A stretch of 64,000 nt of DNA from an uncultured bacterium (GCA_963696395.1 CAVOJZ010000002.1:848619-912618), one strand, 5' to 3'; positions 27,242 to 37,859 are shown, counted from the stretch's first letter. Notes: generated by a model not told the origin, from the letters alone. Made by a program: numbers and translations.

Positions 27242-28196
27242 GTTTGCTCCGATCATCAAGGGCCCTGGATTTTACAAATCCATCGTCCTTGATGTCCTGT
27301 CGGTGCTTTCTGCTGGGCTGTTCGGTTTCTCCTATTATCGCTACCTCGAGAATAATATGCCCGTATGGTGGTTGTTGGGGGCGCTTGCACTATGGGGGGT
27401 GCTTTCCGTGCTCCAGGTCTTTCTTGCGCGAGCCACCACGCGCCGCTTAAGCCTCATTCTTGTCGAAGCGATCGCCGCACTTATTTTCTTCTGGCGCGCC
27501 GATCCCGCGATATTATTAACAACCGTCGGCGTGCTCTTTGCATTCCTTGCGTGGGGATACCTCGCGAGCCGCAATGATCTTACGAACAGCGTTGAGATCC
27601 AGTTCTTCAGAGTCACGAGCAATGTGCTCGGGAAGCTTGTAACGGCGAGTCTGCTCTTTATGATCATGATTTATGTGCCGCAGGTAAACCAGGGATCGCT
27701 CTTCGTATCCCGCCAGAGCTTCCGTGAATTTTTTGACTGGGGCGCCGGGTTTGTGGATAACCTCTATCCAAACGTTTCGCTGAATGGATCATTCCAAACA
27801 TTTGCAAAAGGCGTTGCAACGCTTGAGCTAAAGAATAATCCGAACTTCCAGACGATGACTCCGCAAACGCAGAGTTCAACTATCAATCAGGCGACGACTC
27901 AGCTTGAAACAAATTTCGGCACAACGTCATCGGGCGTTGCGGTTGCGCCGACCGATCCGGCGAGCGATGCATTCTATAACTTCATCGTAGGCATGCTTCA
28001 GGGCTGGAAGAGTCAGGGCTCTTCGTGGTTTATCATCGGTTGGGGTGTAGTACTGTTCCTGGCTCTCAGAACGCTCGGCATCATATTCGTTTGGGTTGAC
28101 CAGTTTATATCACTGATCATCTATGAAAGTTTGCTCGCGACCGGATTTATGAAGATAACCGAGGCTACACAAACCAAGGAAATGATAGGCTATTGA
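27177..28196 (+). CDS. polytopic membrane protein of unknown function inserted between dnaK and dnaJ
   Basis: A hydrophobic TM segment is encoded immediately after the dnaK stop in this frame. The only in-frame ATGs (27177 and 27198) lie inside the dnaK 3' end, so the start is uncertain. Confidence 0.5.
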   Translation: MVDLKQVMAGESPTQNLINQAKFAPIIKGPGFYKSIVLDVLSVLSAGLFGFSYYRYLENNMPVWWLLGALALWGVLSVLQVFLARATTRRLSLILVEAIAALIFFWRADPAILLTTVGVLFAFLAWGYLASRNDLTNSVEIQFFRVTSNVLGKLVTASLLFMIMIYVPQVNQGSLFVSRQSFREFFDWGAGFVDNLYPNVSLNGSFQTFAKGVATLELKNNPNFQTMTPQTQSSTINQATTQLETNFGTTSSGVAVAPTDPASDAFYNFIVGMLQGWKSQGSSWFIIGWGVVLFLALRTLGIIFVWVDQFISLIIYESLLATGFMKITEATQTKEMIGY

Positions 28197-28242
28197 GTAA
28201 TACTTAATAATTTATTAATCTAGTGCGTATTACTATATTGAA

Positions 28243-29331
28243 ATGAAAGACTATTACACCATTTTAGGCGTAACGCGAACGGCCACCGAAGATGAAATAA
28301 AAAAGGCCTATCGCAAACTTGCGCATCAATATCATCCCGACAAAGCCGGCGGCGACGAAACAAAGTTCAAAGAAATCAACGAAGCTTACCAGGTGCTTTC
28401 TGATAAGAATAAACGCGCCCAATACGACCGCTTTGGCAATGCCGGGCCGTCCATGGGCGGATTTCCGGGAGCGGGCGGAGGATTTCCCGAAGGTTTTGGC
28501 TTCGGCTTCGACCCTCAAAACATGGGCGACATGGGCGATCTTGGCGACATATTCGACAGCTTTATGGAGGGCCTCGGTATGCGTCAGCGTAGGAAGACCT
28601 ATGAAAAAGGTTCCGACCTCGAAGTTCAGGAAAATATCACTCTCGAAGAAGCATTCCGTGGTGTGACCAAAACGCTCCGGTTGCGGACGTTTATCCAATG
28701 TGCAAAATGCAGCGGAAAAGGCGCCGAACCCGGCAGCACGTTCGAGAAATGTTCGACGTGCGATGGCCAGGGCGAGATTCGCGAACAGCGGCGGACGTTC
28801 TTCGGCAGTTTTTCGCAGGTGAAGCTCTGCACAAAATGCCATGGGTCCGGCCAGATTCCCAAAAAGCCATGCGCTGTTTGCCGCGGAGCCGGGCGTATCG
28901 AGTCGCAAAGGGAAATTAAATTCGAAATTTTGCCGGGCATCGAAGACGGACAGCTCATCAAGATCAACGCCGCCGGAGAAGCGGGTGAACGTGGTGCGGC
29001 TGCCGGTGATCTCTACATCCGGATCCGTGTGCAGCCTCATTCGACGTTCGAACGCCACGGGCGGGATCTTCTCGTGCATCGGGAATTGAAGATTGTTGAT
29101 CTTTTGCTCGGGAAGAAATTGGAAGTGCCAACGGTTTCCGGCGGAAAGATTTCCGTTGAGATACCGGCAAATTTTAACTTGAAAGATCATTTGCGTATCC
29201 CGAGCGAGGGCATGCCACAGTTCGGTTCACGTTCGCGCGGGGATCTTTTGGTGAGCTTTATCATTAAAGCTCCAAAGCAGCCCGGTTCACGCGCGAAGAA
29301 GTTGCTCGAAGAATTGGAAAAGGAAATTTAG
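28243..29331 (+). CDS. dnaJ: molecular chaperone DnaJ
   Basis: J-domain with HPD ([12 protein letters not shown]), a G/F region and four CxxCxGxG zinc-finger repeats. Confidence 0.95.
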   Translation: MKDYYTILGVTRTATEDEIKKAYRKLAHQYHPDKAGGDETKFKEINEAYQVLSDKNKRAQYDRFGNAGPSMGGFPGAGGGFPEGFGFGFDPQNMGDMGDLGDIFDSFMEGLGMRQRRKTYEKGSDLEVQENITLEEAFRGVTKTLRLRTFIQCAKCSGKGAEPGSTFEKCSTCDGQGEIREQRRTFFGSFSQVKLCTKCHGSGQIPKKPCAVCRGAGRIESQREIKFEILPGIEDGQLIKINAAGEAGERGAAAGDLYIRIRVQPHSTFERHGRDLLVHRELKIVDLLLGKKLEVPTVSGGKISVEIPANFNLKDHLRIPSEGMPQFGSRSRGDLLVSFIIKAPKQPGSRAKKLLEELEKEI

Positions 29332-29335
29332 GGCC

Positions 29336-29605
29336 GTGAAACATTTGCATATTAAAATCTTCGGCCGCGTACAGGGCGTCAATTTTCGTAACTCCGCAAA
29401 GAAAGAAGCTGAAAAGCTCGGTATTATTGGCTATGCCCTCAACGAAGACGACGGGTCGGTTTTCATAGAAGCCCAGGGCGGAAGCGAAGCGCTGGATCAA
29501 TTTCTGGTCTGGTGCCATAAAGGACCCTGGCTCGCAAAGGTGGAAAAGGTGGAGCATTTCGAAAAAATGCCGGAAGAGCGCTTTGAGGATTTTAGCGTTC
29601 GATAA
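29336..29605 (+). CDS. acyP: acylphosphatase
   Basis: The conserved motif is present as VQGVNFR, with a G-to-N substitution at the middle Gly of the canonical VQGVGFR. Confidence 0.85.
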   Translation: MKHLHIKIFGRVQGVNFRNSAKKEAEKLGIIGYALNEDDGSVFIEAQGGSEALDQFLVWCHKGPWLAKVEKVEHFEKMPEERFEDFSVR

Positions 29606-29674
29606 TCATTTTTCAACACTCTTCCAGAGCGCCTGGTTTAGTGTTATCCTTAGGGAAATTCCATAATCTTTTCC

Positions 29675-30898
29675 ATGCGCCAATCAGAGCTATTCACCAC
29701 CGTAGAACATAATCCACCCAAAGACGAAACAACATTGAATGCCCAGCTTTTGGCGCGGGCGGGGTTCGTTTCGAAGCTCATGTCGGGAGTTTATAGTTAT
29801 CTTCCGTTGGGGCTTAAAACATTGCGGAAAATCGAGAATATCGTTCGTGAAGAGATGGACGCCGTTGGCGGGCAGGAAGTTCTCATGCCGATGCTCCACC
29901 CAAAACATAATTGGGTGACAACCGGAGGTTGGGATAAGATAGACGTCCTTTTCAAGTTAAAGAGCCGCACGGAAAAAGAATTTGCGCTCGGACAAAGCGA
30001 AGAAGAAGTTGTGACGCCGCTCGTTATGAAATACGCGACGACATACCGCGATTTGCCGAAAGCGGTTTACCAAATCGGTTGGAAGTTCCGGGACGAGCTT
30101 AGATCCAAATCGGGTCTGTTGCGCGGCGTGGAGTTCCTTATGAAAGATATGTATAGCTTCCATGAGACGCAGGAAGACTTCGATCGGTTCTATGCCACCG
30201 TCAAAAAGGCGTATTTTAAGGTGTATTCAAAGCTCGGCCTCACGGCAAAGGCCACGGAAGCCTCGGGCGGCGCATTTACCGAAAAAATTTCCTACGAGTT
30301 TATGGTGCTTACCGATGCGGGGGAAGATGACATCCTCTATTGCGACGCGTGTGATTTTTGCGTGAATGTTGAGATCGCAAAGGAAAAAGAAGGAGATGCC
30401 TGCACACGATGCAACAAGGGGAAACTCCAAAAAGCACGGGCATCGGAGGTCGGGAACGTCTTTGATCTCGGGCAGAAATTCACCAAAGATTTCGATTTAA
30501 CCTTCACCGATAAAGACGGAAAGAAACAATATCCAATTATGGGATGCTATGGCATTGGCATCTCACGCCTTATGGGTGTTATTGCCGAGAAATATAATGA
30601 TAAAAATGGTATACTGTGGCCGGAGTCAGTCGCTCCATTCAAGGTGCATTTGCTTGCTTTGAACGGTGCGGATGGCAACACAGCCTATGAGGCCTTGCAG
30701 AAAAAAGGCATCGAGGTACTCTTTGACGATAGAGAAATTTCCGCGGGAGCAAAGTTCACCGAAGCGGACCTCATCGGCATCCCATGGCGGATGGTCGTGA
30801 GTCCCAAGCTTGCGTCCGGCACCGTGGAAATTAAAAAGCGGAGCGAGCAGGAGGCAGAAGTGGTTGAGATCGACGAAGCAATTAAATTAATTAAATAA
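29675..30898 (+). CDS. proS: proline--tRNA ligase (short form lacking the INS editing domain)
   Basis: Bacterial ProRS N-terminus MRQSELF...LLARAGF..SG.Y..LPLGL..L.KIENIVREEM, class II motifs and a C-terminal anticodon-binding domain. Only 407 aa. Confidence 0.9.
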   Translation: MRQSELFTTVEHNPPKDETTLNAQLLARAGFVSKLMSGVYSYLPLGLKTLRKIENIVREEMDAVGGQEVLMPMLHPKHNWVTTGGWDKIDVLFKLKSRTEKEFALGQSEEEVVTPLVMKYATTYRDLPKAVYQIGWKFRDELRSKSGLLRGVEFLMKDMYSFHETQEDFDRFYATVKKAYFKVYSKLGLTAKATEASGGAFTEKISYEFMVLTDAGEDDILYCDACDFCVNVEIAKEKEGDACTRCNKGKLQKARASEVGNVFDLGQKFTKDFDLTFTDKDGKKQYPIMGCYGIGISRLMGVIAEKYNDKNGILWPESVAPFKVHLLALNGADGNTAYEALQKKGIEVLFDDREISAGAKFTEADLIGIPWRMVVSPKLASGTVEIKKRSEQEAEVVEIDEAIKLIK

Positions 30899-30911
30899 TT
30901 ATTAACGCTGG

Positions 30912-31955
30912 ATGGCACTTTTCGACTCAATATTTAAAGATATCGGCATTGACCTTGGCACGGCAAATTCGCTTATCTATGTGAAAGGGAAAGGCATATT
31001 GGTGAACGAACCGTCGGTCGCCGCGATCAATACAAAAACAAATCAGGTTGTTGCGGTAGGTGATGAAGCAAAAAAAATGCTCGGCCGCGTGCCGCCGCAT
31101 ATCAGCGTTGTGCGTCCGCTTGTGAACGGCGTCATTTCTGACTTTGAAATGACAGAAGAAATGTTGAGGCACCTTTTGAGCCGCCCAAAAGCGGGTTCAA
31201 TGATTTCATACCGCCGCGCCATTCTCGCTATTCCGAATAACCTTACGGAAGTCGAACGAAAATCAGTGGAAGATGCCGCGATCAACGCAGGTGTTTCGAA
31301 AGTGTATCTCGTAGAATCACCAACGGCCGCCGCGCTTGGGGCAGGGTTGCCGATTAATCTCCCGTCGGCCAGTTTAATCATAGACATCGGCGGTGGAACC
31401 ACGGATATTGCCGTGATTTCCATGGGCGGAACGGTTGTATCCCGGACGCTGAAAGTTGCCGGAGATCGTTTCAATGAGGATATTATCCGTTTTGTCCGCG
31501 ATGAGTTCCATCTTGCCATCGGTGAACCGACAGCGGAGTTCGCAAAAATTGCCGTGGGATCCGCGATGCCGCTCGATGAGCGCATGGAAGTCCCGATTCG
31601 TGGAAGAGATTTGAGCACGGGGCTTCCGAACGAGATCGCTCTCAAAAACAACCACGTACGTATGGCGCTTTCAAAATCACTCCGTGCAATCATAGATTCC
31701 GTCCATGAGGTTATTGAAGAGACGCCGCCGGAACTTTCGGGCGATATTTTGCAACAGGGGATTATGTTGTGCGGCGGCGGCGCTCTATTGCGCGGCCTCG
31801 ATGAACTGATTGAAAAAGAAACCAATGTTGCCGTGCATATTGCCGACGATCCATTAACGTGCGTTGTGCGCGGCCTCGGCCAGATTGTTGATAATCTCGA
31901 TGCGCACCGCGAGTTGCTTGATAATCCGCTTAAGCCGCTTTCTATAAATCTATGA
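30912..31955 (+). CDS. mreB: rod shape-determining protein MreB
   Basis: IGIDLGTANSLIYV and DIGGGTTDIAVIS. Confidence 0.95.
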   Translation: MALFDSIFKDIGIDLGTANSLIYVKGKGILVNEPSVAAINTKTNQVVAVGDEAKKMLGRVPPHISVVRPLVNGVISDFEMTEEMLRHLLSRPKAGSMISYRRAILAIPNNLTEVERKSVEDAAINAGVSKVYLVESPTAAALGAGLPINLPSASLIIDIGGGTTDIAVISMGGTVVSRTLKVAGDRFNEDIIRFVRDEFHLAIGEPTAEFAKIAVGSAMPLDERMEVPIRGRDLSTGLPNEIALKNNHVRMALSKSLRAIIDSVHEVIEETPPELSGDILQQGIMLCGGGALLRGLDELIEKETNVAVHIADDPLTCVVRGLGQIVDNLDAHRELLDNPLKPLSINL

Positions 31956-32635
31956 GACGGCGCAGGCTGACTCTCGGTATCCTTATCCTCATTCTTGTTT
32001 CGGCGATCATTTTTATGCCAGCCTACGGCTGGAAGTTGCGGCAGTGGCTTAGTCCTGCAGCCTCGGACGATGCCGCATCGGACGCGAGCGCTGAAAATCT
32101 TGCTGCAGAAAATGAAACGCTGAAAGCTCAGGTGGCGACGTATGCGACTGTTGAAGCGCAATTGCCGCAGACACCGGCGCACTATATCCGCGCGATGGTT
32201 TATTCGCGTTACCCGCTCAATTTTAAAAATGAAATATTAGTGAATGCCGGTTCCGAAGATGGCGTTGCGACCGGTACTGCGGTGATGTTTCAGGGAATGC
32301 TCATCGGCCGCGTTACCGGCATTTTTGCCCACGAAGCGATCGTACAGACCATTTTTGATCCTGGGTTTGTTATGCCGGTGCGGGTGAGCCCCTCGAGTTA
32401 TGATGGTCTTTTTGAAGGAGGATCATATCCAAAAGTCGGGTCGATCACGCGGACAGCAATTTTGCAGGCGGGTGATGTTATTTACGCAGCCGCTCCAGGG
32501 TTGCCATACGGCGCTCCGGTTGGAACCATATCTGCGACATCAACATCAGCCGACAGCTTATTTACGGAGGCATCGGTCGTTTTTCCATACGACCTGAACG
32601 AGATCCAAACCGTTCTGATCGCTCAGGCTCCATGA
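31952..32635 (+). CDS. mreC: rod shape-determining protein MreC
   Basis: N-terminal TM, a coiled coil and a beta-rich C-terminus. Start overlaps the mreB stop (ATGA). Confidence 0.75.
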   Translation: MRRRRLTLGILILILVSAIIFMPAYGWKLRQWLSPAASDDAASDASAENLAAENETLKAQVATYATVEAQLPQTPAHYIRAMVYSRYPLNFKNEILVNAGSEDGVATGTAVMFQGMLIGRVTGIFAHEAIVQTIFDPGFVMPVRVSPSSYDGLFEGGSYPKVGSITRTAILQAGDVIYAAAPGLPYGAPVGTISATSTSADSLFTEASVVFPYDLNEIQTVLIAQAP

Positions 32636-33066
32636 TCAGATTTATCCTTGCATCACTTTTTCTCGCGCTCGCGATTGTTCTGCAGTTTTGGTTTGCATCG
32701 TTCGGTGTATATATCAACGTGATTCTTGCATCGCTTATGACGTTTGCATTTCTGTTCGACATTTGGGATCTTGTCATTTTTATTCTGGCCGCAATTTTTA
32801 TCATCAACTGGCAACCGACGTTCAGTTTGGAAATTGCATTATTCATCGCACTGCCACTCCTCGCCTATTCGATCAACCGATATTCTTCCACCGAACCGTG
32901 GGTGGCGAGCCTTACGAGCATTCTTGTCGGCCTTGTTATTCTCTATCTTGCGGTTGCACCGGGCCTTTTCTTTTCTGAGTGGAAGGTGTTTGTGACAGAT
33001 CTCCTTGCCTGCCTCATTTTTTCAAGCGTTGCGTTCGGAGCGCTTAACCGTCGCGAAAGTCGATAA
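32632..33066 (+). CDS. mreD: MreD-like small polytopic membrane protein
   Basis: 144-aa protein with 4-5 TM helices between mreC and the PBP2 gene. Confidence 0.5.
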   Translation: MIRFILASLFLALAIVLQFWFASFGVYINVILASLMTFAFLFDIWDLVIFILAAIFIINWQPTFSLEIALFIALPLLAYSINRYSSTEPWVASLTSILVGLVILYLAVAPGLFFSEWKVFVTDLLACLIFSSVAFGALNRRESR

Positions 33067-33075
33067 TCCAGGCCC

Positions 33076-34992
33076 ATGTCCCGCCCCGCGAGAAAATATA
33101 ACGACGTTGCATTTGAAGAATCTCTTGGTGACGATTGGGGTAAAGATCTCACCATGGTTGAGGTGCCGCTTGGGAATAAGCCGTTGTGGTCGCTTGGGGT
33201 CGTGCTGTTCATCGTCGGCCTTCTTATCGTTTCCCGCGTTGTCTTTCTGAATGCGGCCTCTGGCGCGTATTACTCCGGCCGTGCGGCTGCAAACGTTGCG
33301 CAATCGCAGGCAACTCCGGCTCCGCGAGGTGTTATTTATGACCGGGAAGGAGAGGCGCTTGTAAAAAACAACGCGGTTTTTGCGGCATATCTCGACCCGC
33401 ACCAATTTCTCACAAACCTCTCTGCGCAAGCGGGTACGATGCAGGGGATACAGAATATTTTCGGGATGTCGTCGGATACCGTTTGGTCAATGTTAAGCCA
33501 AAGTGAAGCGCAAGATTTTGCTGTGCCGATTGTTTTGAGCGATGACCTCACGCCGTCACAATTGGTGAACGTGCAAGCCATCAGCACGTCATATCCGGCA
33601 ATTCTGTTAAAGAGCGACTTCCAGCGGTCATATCCTGACGGCGCAATTTTTTCTTCGGTGTTGGGATATACCGGGCATGTAACTCAAGCCGATCTCGCAA
33701 ACAACCCGGATCTTACCGCGCAGGATTTTGTCGGCAAGGCTGGTATCGAAAAATATTATGACAGCACGCTTGAGGGCAGTCCGGGTGTGGAGGTGCAGTT
33801 TAAGAACGCACAAGGGCAGGTTTTGAAAGCGCAACAACAATCAAACCCGACGATCGGAAGATCAATTAATCTCACGATTGACGGTGGCTTGCAGACGTAT
33901 TTTTATAATCGTCTCGCATCCGGCCTCGCGGTGCTTGGGCGCCAGGTTGGCATCGGCCTTGCGATCAATCCTCAAAACGGACAGGTTTTGTCACTCATTA
34001 ACCTTCCCGGTTTTGACGGCAATGTTTTTTCGCACCCGGCGTCGAGCAGCGCCGAAATACAAAACTTGTTGACGTCTTCCGACCGGCCGCTTTTTGATCG
34101 CGTTGTTTCCGGTTTTTATAACCCCGGTTCCACCATTAAACCGCTCGACGCCGTAGCCGTTTTAAAAAACGGGATCGTCGATCCGAATCGCGAGATATAT
34201 TCGGCGGGATACATCATGGTACCGGATCCTTATAATTCTTCCACTCCAAAAAAATATATGGACTGGCGATATCAGGGGAATGTAAATCTGGCATCGGCGC
34301 TCGCGCAATCGTCAGACGTGTATTTTTATGTTGTCGTCGGCGGATCGCCGGTTTCAACGCCGATGCTGAATGACCCGAGCGATTACGGCATTGCAGGGCT
34401 CGGCATTGATCAGCTCCATTCTTGGTGGGAACAATTCGGGCTTGGCAAAGTCACCGGCATAGACCTGCCCGGCGAGGCGGAAGGTTTTTTACCAACGCCC
34501 CAATGGAAGCAGCAAAAGATGGGAACGCCATGGCTTCTGGGGGACACCTATAACGTGGCAATCGGACAAGGGGACTTACTGGTCTCTCCACTCCAGCTTT
34601 TGAGCTATATCGACGCAATCGCGAACGGAGGAACCATTTATCGTCCCTATCTGAATATGAGTTCGACGCCGGTTGTAAACGAGGATCTCACTTCGCTCCT
34701 TCCGCAAATTCAGGATGTTCAGGAAGGTATGCGCGAAGGGGTAACGTCGCCTCTCGGCACGGCGTATACCTTGCATGATCTCCCGTTTTCCGTTTGTGCT
34801 AAAACCGGCAGCGCTCAAGTGCAGAACAACCAACAGGAGAATGCCTTATTCGTCGGCTATGCGCCATGCGACAATCCTCAAATCGCTTTGCTCATCCTCA
34901 TCGAAAATTCAAAACAAGGAAGCTTGAATGCCGTTCCAATCGCCAAAGATGTCCTGAACTGGTATTATGAAAACAGGCTAACGAGCCATTAA
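33076..34992 (+). CDS. mrdA: penicillin-binding protein 2 (class B transpeptidase)
   Basis: N-terminal TM and a dimerisation domain. Transpeptidase motifs STIKP (SxxK), SSD-like and KTG(S). Confidence 0.85.
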   Translation: MSRPARKYNDVAFEESLGDDWGKDLTMVEVPLGNKPLWSLGVVLFIVGLLIVSRVVFLNAASGAYYSGRAAANVAQSQATPAPRGVIYDREGEALVKNNAVFAAYLDPHQFLTNLSAQAGTMQGIQNIFGMSSDTVWSMLSQSEAQDFAVPIVLSDDLTPSQLVNVQAISTSYPAILLKSDFQRSYPDGAIFSSVLGYTGHVTQADLANNPDLTAQDFVGKAGIEKYYDSTLEGSPGVEVQFKNAQGQVLKAQQQSNPTIGRSINLTIDGGLQTYFYNRLASGLAVLGRQVGIGLAINPQNGQVLSLINLPGFDGNVFSHPASSSAEIQNLLTSSDRPLFDRVVSGFYNPGSTIKPLDAVAVLKNGIVDPNREIYSAGYIMVPDPYNSSTPKKYMDWRYQGNVNLASALAQSSDVYFYVVVGGSPVSTPMLNDPSDYGIAGLGIDQLHSWWEQFGLGKVTGIDLPGEAEGFLPTPQWKQQKMGTPWLLGDTYNVAIGQGDLLVSPLQLLSYIDAIANGGTIYRPYLNMSSTPVVNEDLTSLLPQIQDVQEGMREGVTSPLGTAYTLHDLPFSVCAKTGSAQVQNNQQENALFVGYAPCDNPQIALLILIENSKQGSLNAVPIAKDVLNWYYENRLTSH

Positions 34993-34994
34993 CG

Positions 34995-36008
34995 ATGTCA
35001 GAATTACGGCAAGATATAATTTCAGGCGATTGGGTGATTCTTGCACCCGGACGCGCGGCCCGACCGCAATTTTTGGATGCAAAAAAGGCGCCGCGGAAAC
35101 CCCAGCCAAAAAACGCATGCCCGTTCGAAGACTTAAAGAAATCCGAAAACTGGCCGCCGGTTTTCACGTATCCCGAAAAAAATATTTTGGATGGCAAATG
35201 GAAGATTGCGGTCGTCCACAACAAATATCCCGCGCTTATGCCGAGCAATGTTTGTTCCGTGAAATTCGAAGACGGCATGTATCACGGGAAAACAGGCGTC
35301 GGTTCACATCAATTGATCATCACCCGCGACCATAACAAAAATTTTGCCGATCTGAGTCCGGAAATGGCTACGAAGGTTTTCGAAATAATTCAGGCCTGCC
35401 ACGTGATGGCCGGAAAGGATAAGTGTGCGGAATACGTTTCATCGTTTCTCAACTGGGGAGTGTCGTCAGGCGCTTCGATCGCGCATCCCCATTATCAGGT
35501 TCTCACCCTGCCGATCGTGCCGGTGCATGCAATCAATTCGCTCCGGGGTGCGCATAAATATTATGCTAAGCATCACCGTTGCATCCGTTGCGATATCATC
35601 AAAAACGAAAAGAAAAGCAGGGCAAGGGTCATAGAAGAAAATGCCGAGGCGATTGCGATCGCGCCGTACGCATCAAAATATCCACTCGAGGTTTCAATCC
35701 TACCCAAGAAGCATATATCGTCATTCAGGAATGCTCCGCCCGCGGTTGTGAAAGGTGTTGCGTTGCTCCTGCAGTCGGTGATGAAGCGCATCAAGAAATA
35801 TGCCAACGATCCCGATTTGAATTTCTATGTTCATGACGCCCCGCTCAGCCAGGGAAATTATCGTCGCAGGGATTATCAGTATCACCATTGGCACGTTGAA
35901 GTCGTTCCGAAGATTTCCACGACAGCCGGTTTTGAACTTTCAACCTGGATCGATATCAACACGCTCGACCCGGACCACGCGGCTGCTATCTTGCGCGGTG
36001 AGCAATGA
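34995..36008 (+). CDS. galT: GalT-like HIT-family nucleotidyltransferase (galactose-1-phosphate uridylyltransferase-like)
   Basis: HIT-type HPHYQV (HxHxQ) motif and an N-terminal CPF..E Zn-site-like region. Confidence 0.7.
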   Translation: MSELRQDIISGDWVILAPGRAARPQFLDAKKAPRKPQPKNACPFEDLKKSENWPPVFTYPEKNILDGKWKIAVVHNKYPALMPSNVCSVKFEDGMYHGKTGVGSHQLIITRDHNKNFADLSPEMATKVFEIIQACHVMAGKDKCAEYVSSFLNWGVSSGASIAHPHYQVLTLPIVPVHAINSLRGAHKYYAKHHRCIRCDIIKNEKKSRARVIEENAEAIAIAPYASKYPLEVSILPKKHISSFRNAPPAVVKGVALLLQSVMKRIKKYANDPDLNFYVHDAPLSQGNYRRRDYQYHHWHVEVVPKISTTAGFELSTWIDINTLDPDHAAAILRGEQ

Positions 36009-36352
36009 TCAAGAAAATCATACAGCATCGTATCGTTGCAACTCTTTCCGCTTCCGCAATCGCTTTTGTAATTGGCGGGTTTGCCTGGATTATGATCGCA
36101 ATCAACCGGCTCGACGCGAGCGGACCTTTCATCCTTCATTTTAACGACATGGCCGGCATCACGTCCGTAGGGGATCTGAGCGTGATCGTATTTATGGGTA
36201 TTTTCGGTATCGTTGCCACCGTCATGAGTTTTTTTGTATCGCTCGAGCTCGATGAGCGAGATCCGTTTCTCGGCAAAATTATGGCGGGGGGAGGCCTCAT
36301 TTTTGCCATCTTGCTTTTTATCGCCTTTGCCTCTATACTAAACGTCAATTAA
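36005..36352 (+). CDS. small polytopic membrane protein
   Basis: 115-aa protein with 3-4 TM helices. Confidence 0.5.
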   Translation: MIKKIIQHRIVATLSASAIAFVIGGFAWIMIAINRLDASGPFILHFNDMAGITSVGDLSVIVFMGIFGIVATVMSFFVSLELDERDPFLGKIMAGGGLIFAILLFIAFASILNVN

Positions 36353-36356
36353 AGCC

Positions 36357-36659
36357 ATGGCTGATTTCGCAATCATCAAGACCGGCGGAAAGCAATACAA
36401 GGTTTCCGAGGGTCAAAAGATTAAAGTGGAAAAACTCGAACCGAAGGGCGATACGGCCGCTTTCGAAGTCTTGTTGCGCTCGGTTGGGGGTAAGGTTGAA
36501 ATCGGCAAGCCGACGCTTCCGGCAGCCGCCCAGGGCCGGTTTATCGGCAACGGACGCGGCGAAAAGAAGATCATTTTCAAATATCATTCAAAGACCCGCC
36601 AACGCAAAAAGAAGGGACATCGGCAGGAATATACCGAAATCGAGATAGTAAAGATATAG
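36357..36659 (+). CDS. rplU: 50S ribosomal protein L21
   Basis: MADFAIIKTGGKQYKVSEGQKIKVEKL. Confidence 0.9.
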   Translation: MADFAIIKTGGKQYKVSEGQKIKVEKLEPKGDTAAFEVLLRSVGGKVEIGKPTLPAAAQGRFIGNGRGEKKIIFKYHSKTRQRKKKGHRQEYTEIEIVKI

Positions 36660-36660
36660 G

Positions 36661-36690
36661 GATCCGGATTGCCGGGTCCTTTTTTTGGCG
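36661..36690 (+). terminator. rho-independent terminator after rplU
   Basis: Stem ggatccgg / ccgggtcc (one G-U pair) with loop attg, then TTTTTTT. Confidence 0.6.
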
Positions 36691-36697
36691 CATAGGG

Positions 36698-36705
36698 TGT
36701 ATAAT
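36698..36705 (+). promoter_or_regulatory. extended -10 element (TGTATAAT) upstream of the malic enzyme gene
   Basis: tgtataat lies 18 nt before the ATG at 36723. Confidence 0.4.
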
Positions 36706-36722
36706 GCGTCTGAACATAATTC

Positions 36723-37859
36723 ATGGAAAAAATTTACGAAGAATCTCTTGAGTTACATAAAAAGCATCACGGAAAGCTCGAAGTGCACAGCAAGGTGCCG
36801 ATTGAAACCCGGAATGATCTATCGCTTGCGTATACGCCGGGTGTTGGCCAGGTGAGCATTGAAATCGGCAAAGACCCGGCGCTCGCGCGGGAGTATACCC
36901 TCAAGCGCAATACCATCGGCATAGTTTCGGACGGGTCGGCTATCCTGGGTCTCGGCAATTTGGGCGCCGAAGCTGCCATTCCCGTGATGGAAGGCAAAGC
37001 GGTGCTTTTTAAAAAATTTGCCGATGTTGATGCATTTCCAATTTGCCTTGCTACGCAGGATGTTGATGAAATTGTGGAGACCGTAAAAAGGATCGCCCCT
37101 GTTTTTGGCGGAATCAACCTCGAGGATATTTCCGCGCCGCGATGTTTTGAGATTGAGAGGCGATTGCAGGAAGAGCTTACCATTCCCGTGATGCACGACG
37201 ATCAGCACGGCACCGCCGTGGTTGTTCTGGCCGGCCTTATAAACGCGCTTACGCTAAAGAAAATGCCCAAAGCGAATGCACGCGTTATGGTGAACGGAGC
37301 CGGCGCGGCGGGAACCGCCGTCACTAAATTACTTTTAGAATATGGCATCCGCGACATTGTGGTTTGCGACAGCAAGGGTGCCATTGATAAGAATCGCAAA
37401 GATTTAAATGATGAGAAAATAGAACTCGCCGGGATAACGAATCCACGCGGTGTGAGCGGCGGCCTCGCGGACGTAATAAGAGAAGCCGATGTATTCATCG
37501 GTCTCAGCAAAGCGGGAGTCCTTACCGAAGCCATGGTCATGTCCATGCGTAAAGGCCCGATAGTTTTTGCCCTCGCGAATCCAGTCCCCGAGATAATGCC
37601 CGATAAGGCAATTCACGCAGGAGCATTTGTTGTTGCGACCGGCCGTTCGGATTTTCCAAATCAAATCAATAACGTCCTCGCGTTCCCGGGGATTTTTCGC
37701 GGAGCTCTCGACCACGGCATCCGCCAGTTTACATCGGCTATGTTTATTGATGCCGCCAAGCGACTGGCCGCTTGCGTTAAAGAGCCCAAGCCCGATCTCA
37801 TTTTCCCGAGCGTTTTTAATCTTTCCGTTGTCTCCGCGGTTAAGGAAGCAATCAGATAG
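36723..37859 (+). CDS. NAD(P)-dependent malic enzyme (short form)
   Basis: Malic enzyme N-terminal and NAD-binding motifs (LAYTPGVG, GAGAAG). Confidence 0.9.
   Translation: MEKIYEESLELHKKHHGKLEVHSKVPIETRNDLSLAYTPGVGQVSIEIGKDPALAREYTLKRNTIGIVSDGSAILGLGNLGAEAAIPVMEGKAVLFKKFADVDAFPICLATQDVDEIVETVKRIAPVFGGINLEDISAPRCFEIERRLQEELTIPVMHDDQHGTAVVVLAGLINALTLKKMPKANARVMVNGAGAAGTAVTKLLLEYGIRDIVVCDSKGAIDKNRKDLNDEKIELAGITNPRGVSGGLADVIREADVFIGLSKAGVLTEAMVMSMRKGPIVFALANPVPEIMPDKAIHAGAFVVATGRSDFPNQINNVLAFPGIFRGALDHGIRQFTSAMFIDAAKRLAACVKEPKPDLIFPSVFNLSVVSAVKEAIR

Noticed and set aside
28264-29190. 308-aa minus-strand ORF antisense to dnaJ
   Set aside because: It overlaps dnaJ, which has an unmistakable J-domain and zinc-finger repeats.
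31043-32182. 379-aa minus-strand ORF antisense to mreB/mreC
   Set aside because: It is antisense to highly conserved mreB. Its Ser/Arg-rich low-complexity translation is typical of spurious ORFs.
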